DNA of 64,000 bases, taken from positions 726,929 to 790,928 of the forward strand of contig CAWAIT010000005.1 in the NCBI GenBank assembly GCA_963782235.1. Reading direction: 5' to 3'. The DNA comes from an uncultured Acidobacteriaceae bacterium. GTDB lineage: Bacteria > Acidobacteriota > Terriglobia > Terriglobales > Acidobacteriaceae. Shown here one piece after another: positions 63,755 to 64,000 of the stretch. How positions within the stretch are numbered: the stretch's first letter is position 1; every line of letters starts with the position of its first letter. Position numbers and translations under genes: made by a program. Under the pieces are notes generated by a model. It did no database searches. It was not told the origin of the DNA and saw only the letters and a program-made list of their open reading frames with translations.

Positions 63755-64000
63755 CTACTTGCTGACTTCCGTTCCCGCCTCAGAGCCGGCCGGCGCAGCC
63801 GCGGCTGCTGTCCGGTTGATGTTCTTGACGATCACGCGCGCCGGATTCCCAACCGCCACGCTGTAATCGGGAATGTCGCTGAGCACCACGCTGTTCACGC
63901 CGACGATGGCGCCTTCGCCCACCGTGACCCCTTTCATGATGAAACAGTTGTGGCCGATCCAGGCATAACGCCGAATGCGTACCGGCTTGATTTCCTCCGG
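63755..64000 (-). CDS. hexapeptide-repeat (left-handed beta-helix) acetyltransferase, 5' end outside window
   Basis: The frame stays open to the window end (…RIRRYAWIGHNCFIMKGVTVGEGAIVGVNSVVLSDIPDYSVAVGNPARVI). Confidence 0.75.
   Translation of the reverse strand, partial: PEEIKPVRIRRYAWIGHNCFIMKGVTVGEGAIVGVNSVVLSDIPDYSVAVGNPARVIVKNINRTAAAAAPAGSEAGTEVSK

Overview
This is a 64-kb high-GC bacterial chromosomal window. It is most consistent with an Acidobacteriota (Terriglobia-like) genome. The evidence for that is two divergent TIGR03436-type VWFA-related proteins, many secreted repeat proteins (PQQ, HAF-like, BNR, TPR), and two very abundant intergenic repeat families.

Housekeeping content: plsY, gpsA, a hemQ-like gene, dedA, msrB, glycerate kinase, a panE-like gene, transketolase, and an oorDABC-like 2-oxoacid:ferredoxin oxidoreductase operon with a CoA-transferase.

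Other chromosomal modules:
- Two polysaccharide clusters, at about 13.6-17.3 kb and 61.2-64 kb.
- A TetR-linked TolC/HlyD/MFS efflux operon whose MFS gene is deleted.
- ECF sigma modules.
- An ABC-2 transporter with a HisKA_3/LuxR two-component pair.

Accessory material:
- One IS481-family element.
- One IS1380-family element, which interrupts a TonB-C gene.
- An intact higBA pair plus a decayed paralogue.
- Three unrelated solitary TIR-domain proteins: TIR-TM-ectodomain, TIR-TPR and pentapeptide-TIR.

Best candidates for new biology:
- The TIR genes. One sits exactly in the toxin slot of a truncated higB-higA module.
- A cytochrome c whose TGA stop is followed in frame by a 17-codon Cys/His-rich extension, next to a sigma/anti-sigma fusion.
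- Structured repeat elements that show compensatory stem changes.

At least six genes are frame-broken, and where I resolved the junctions they lie at very short homopolymers. Assembly indel error must be excluded before any pseudogene biology is believed. I saw one tRNA-Leu(UAA) and no rRNA, CRISPR array or prophage. Coordinates that I derived by eye (repeat ends, refined starts) may be off by 1-2 nt.
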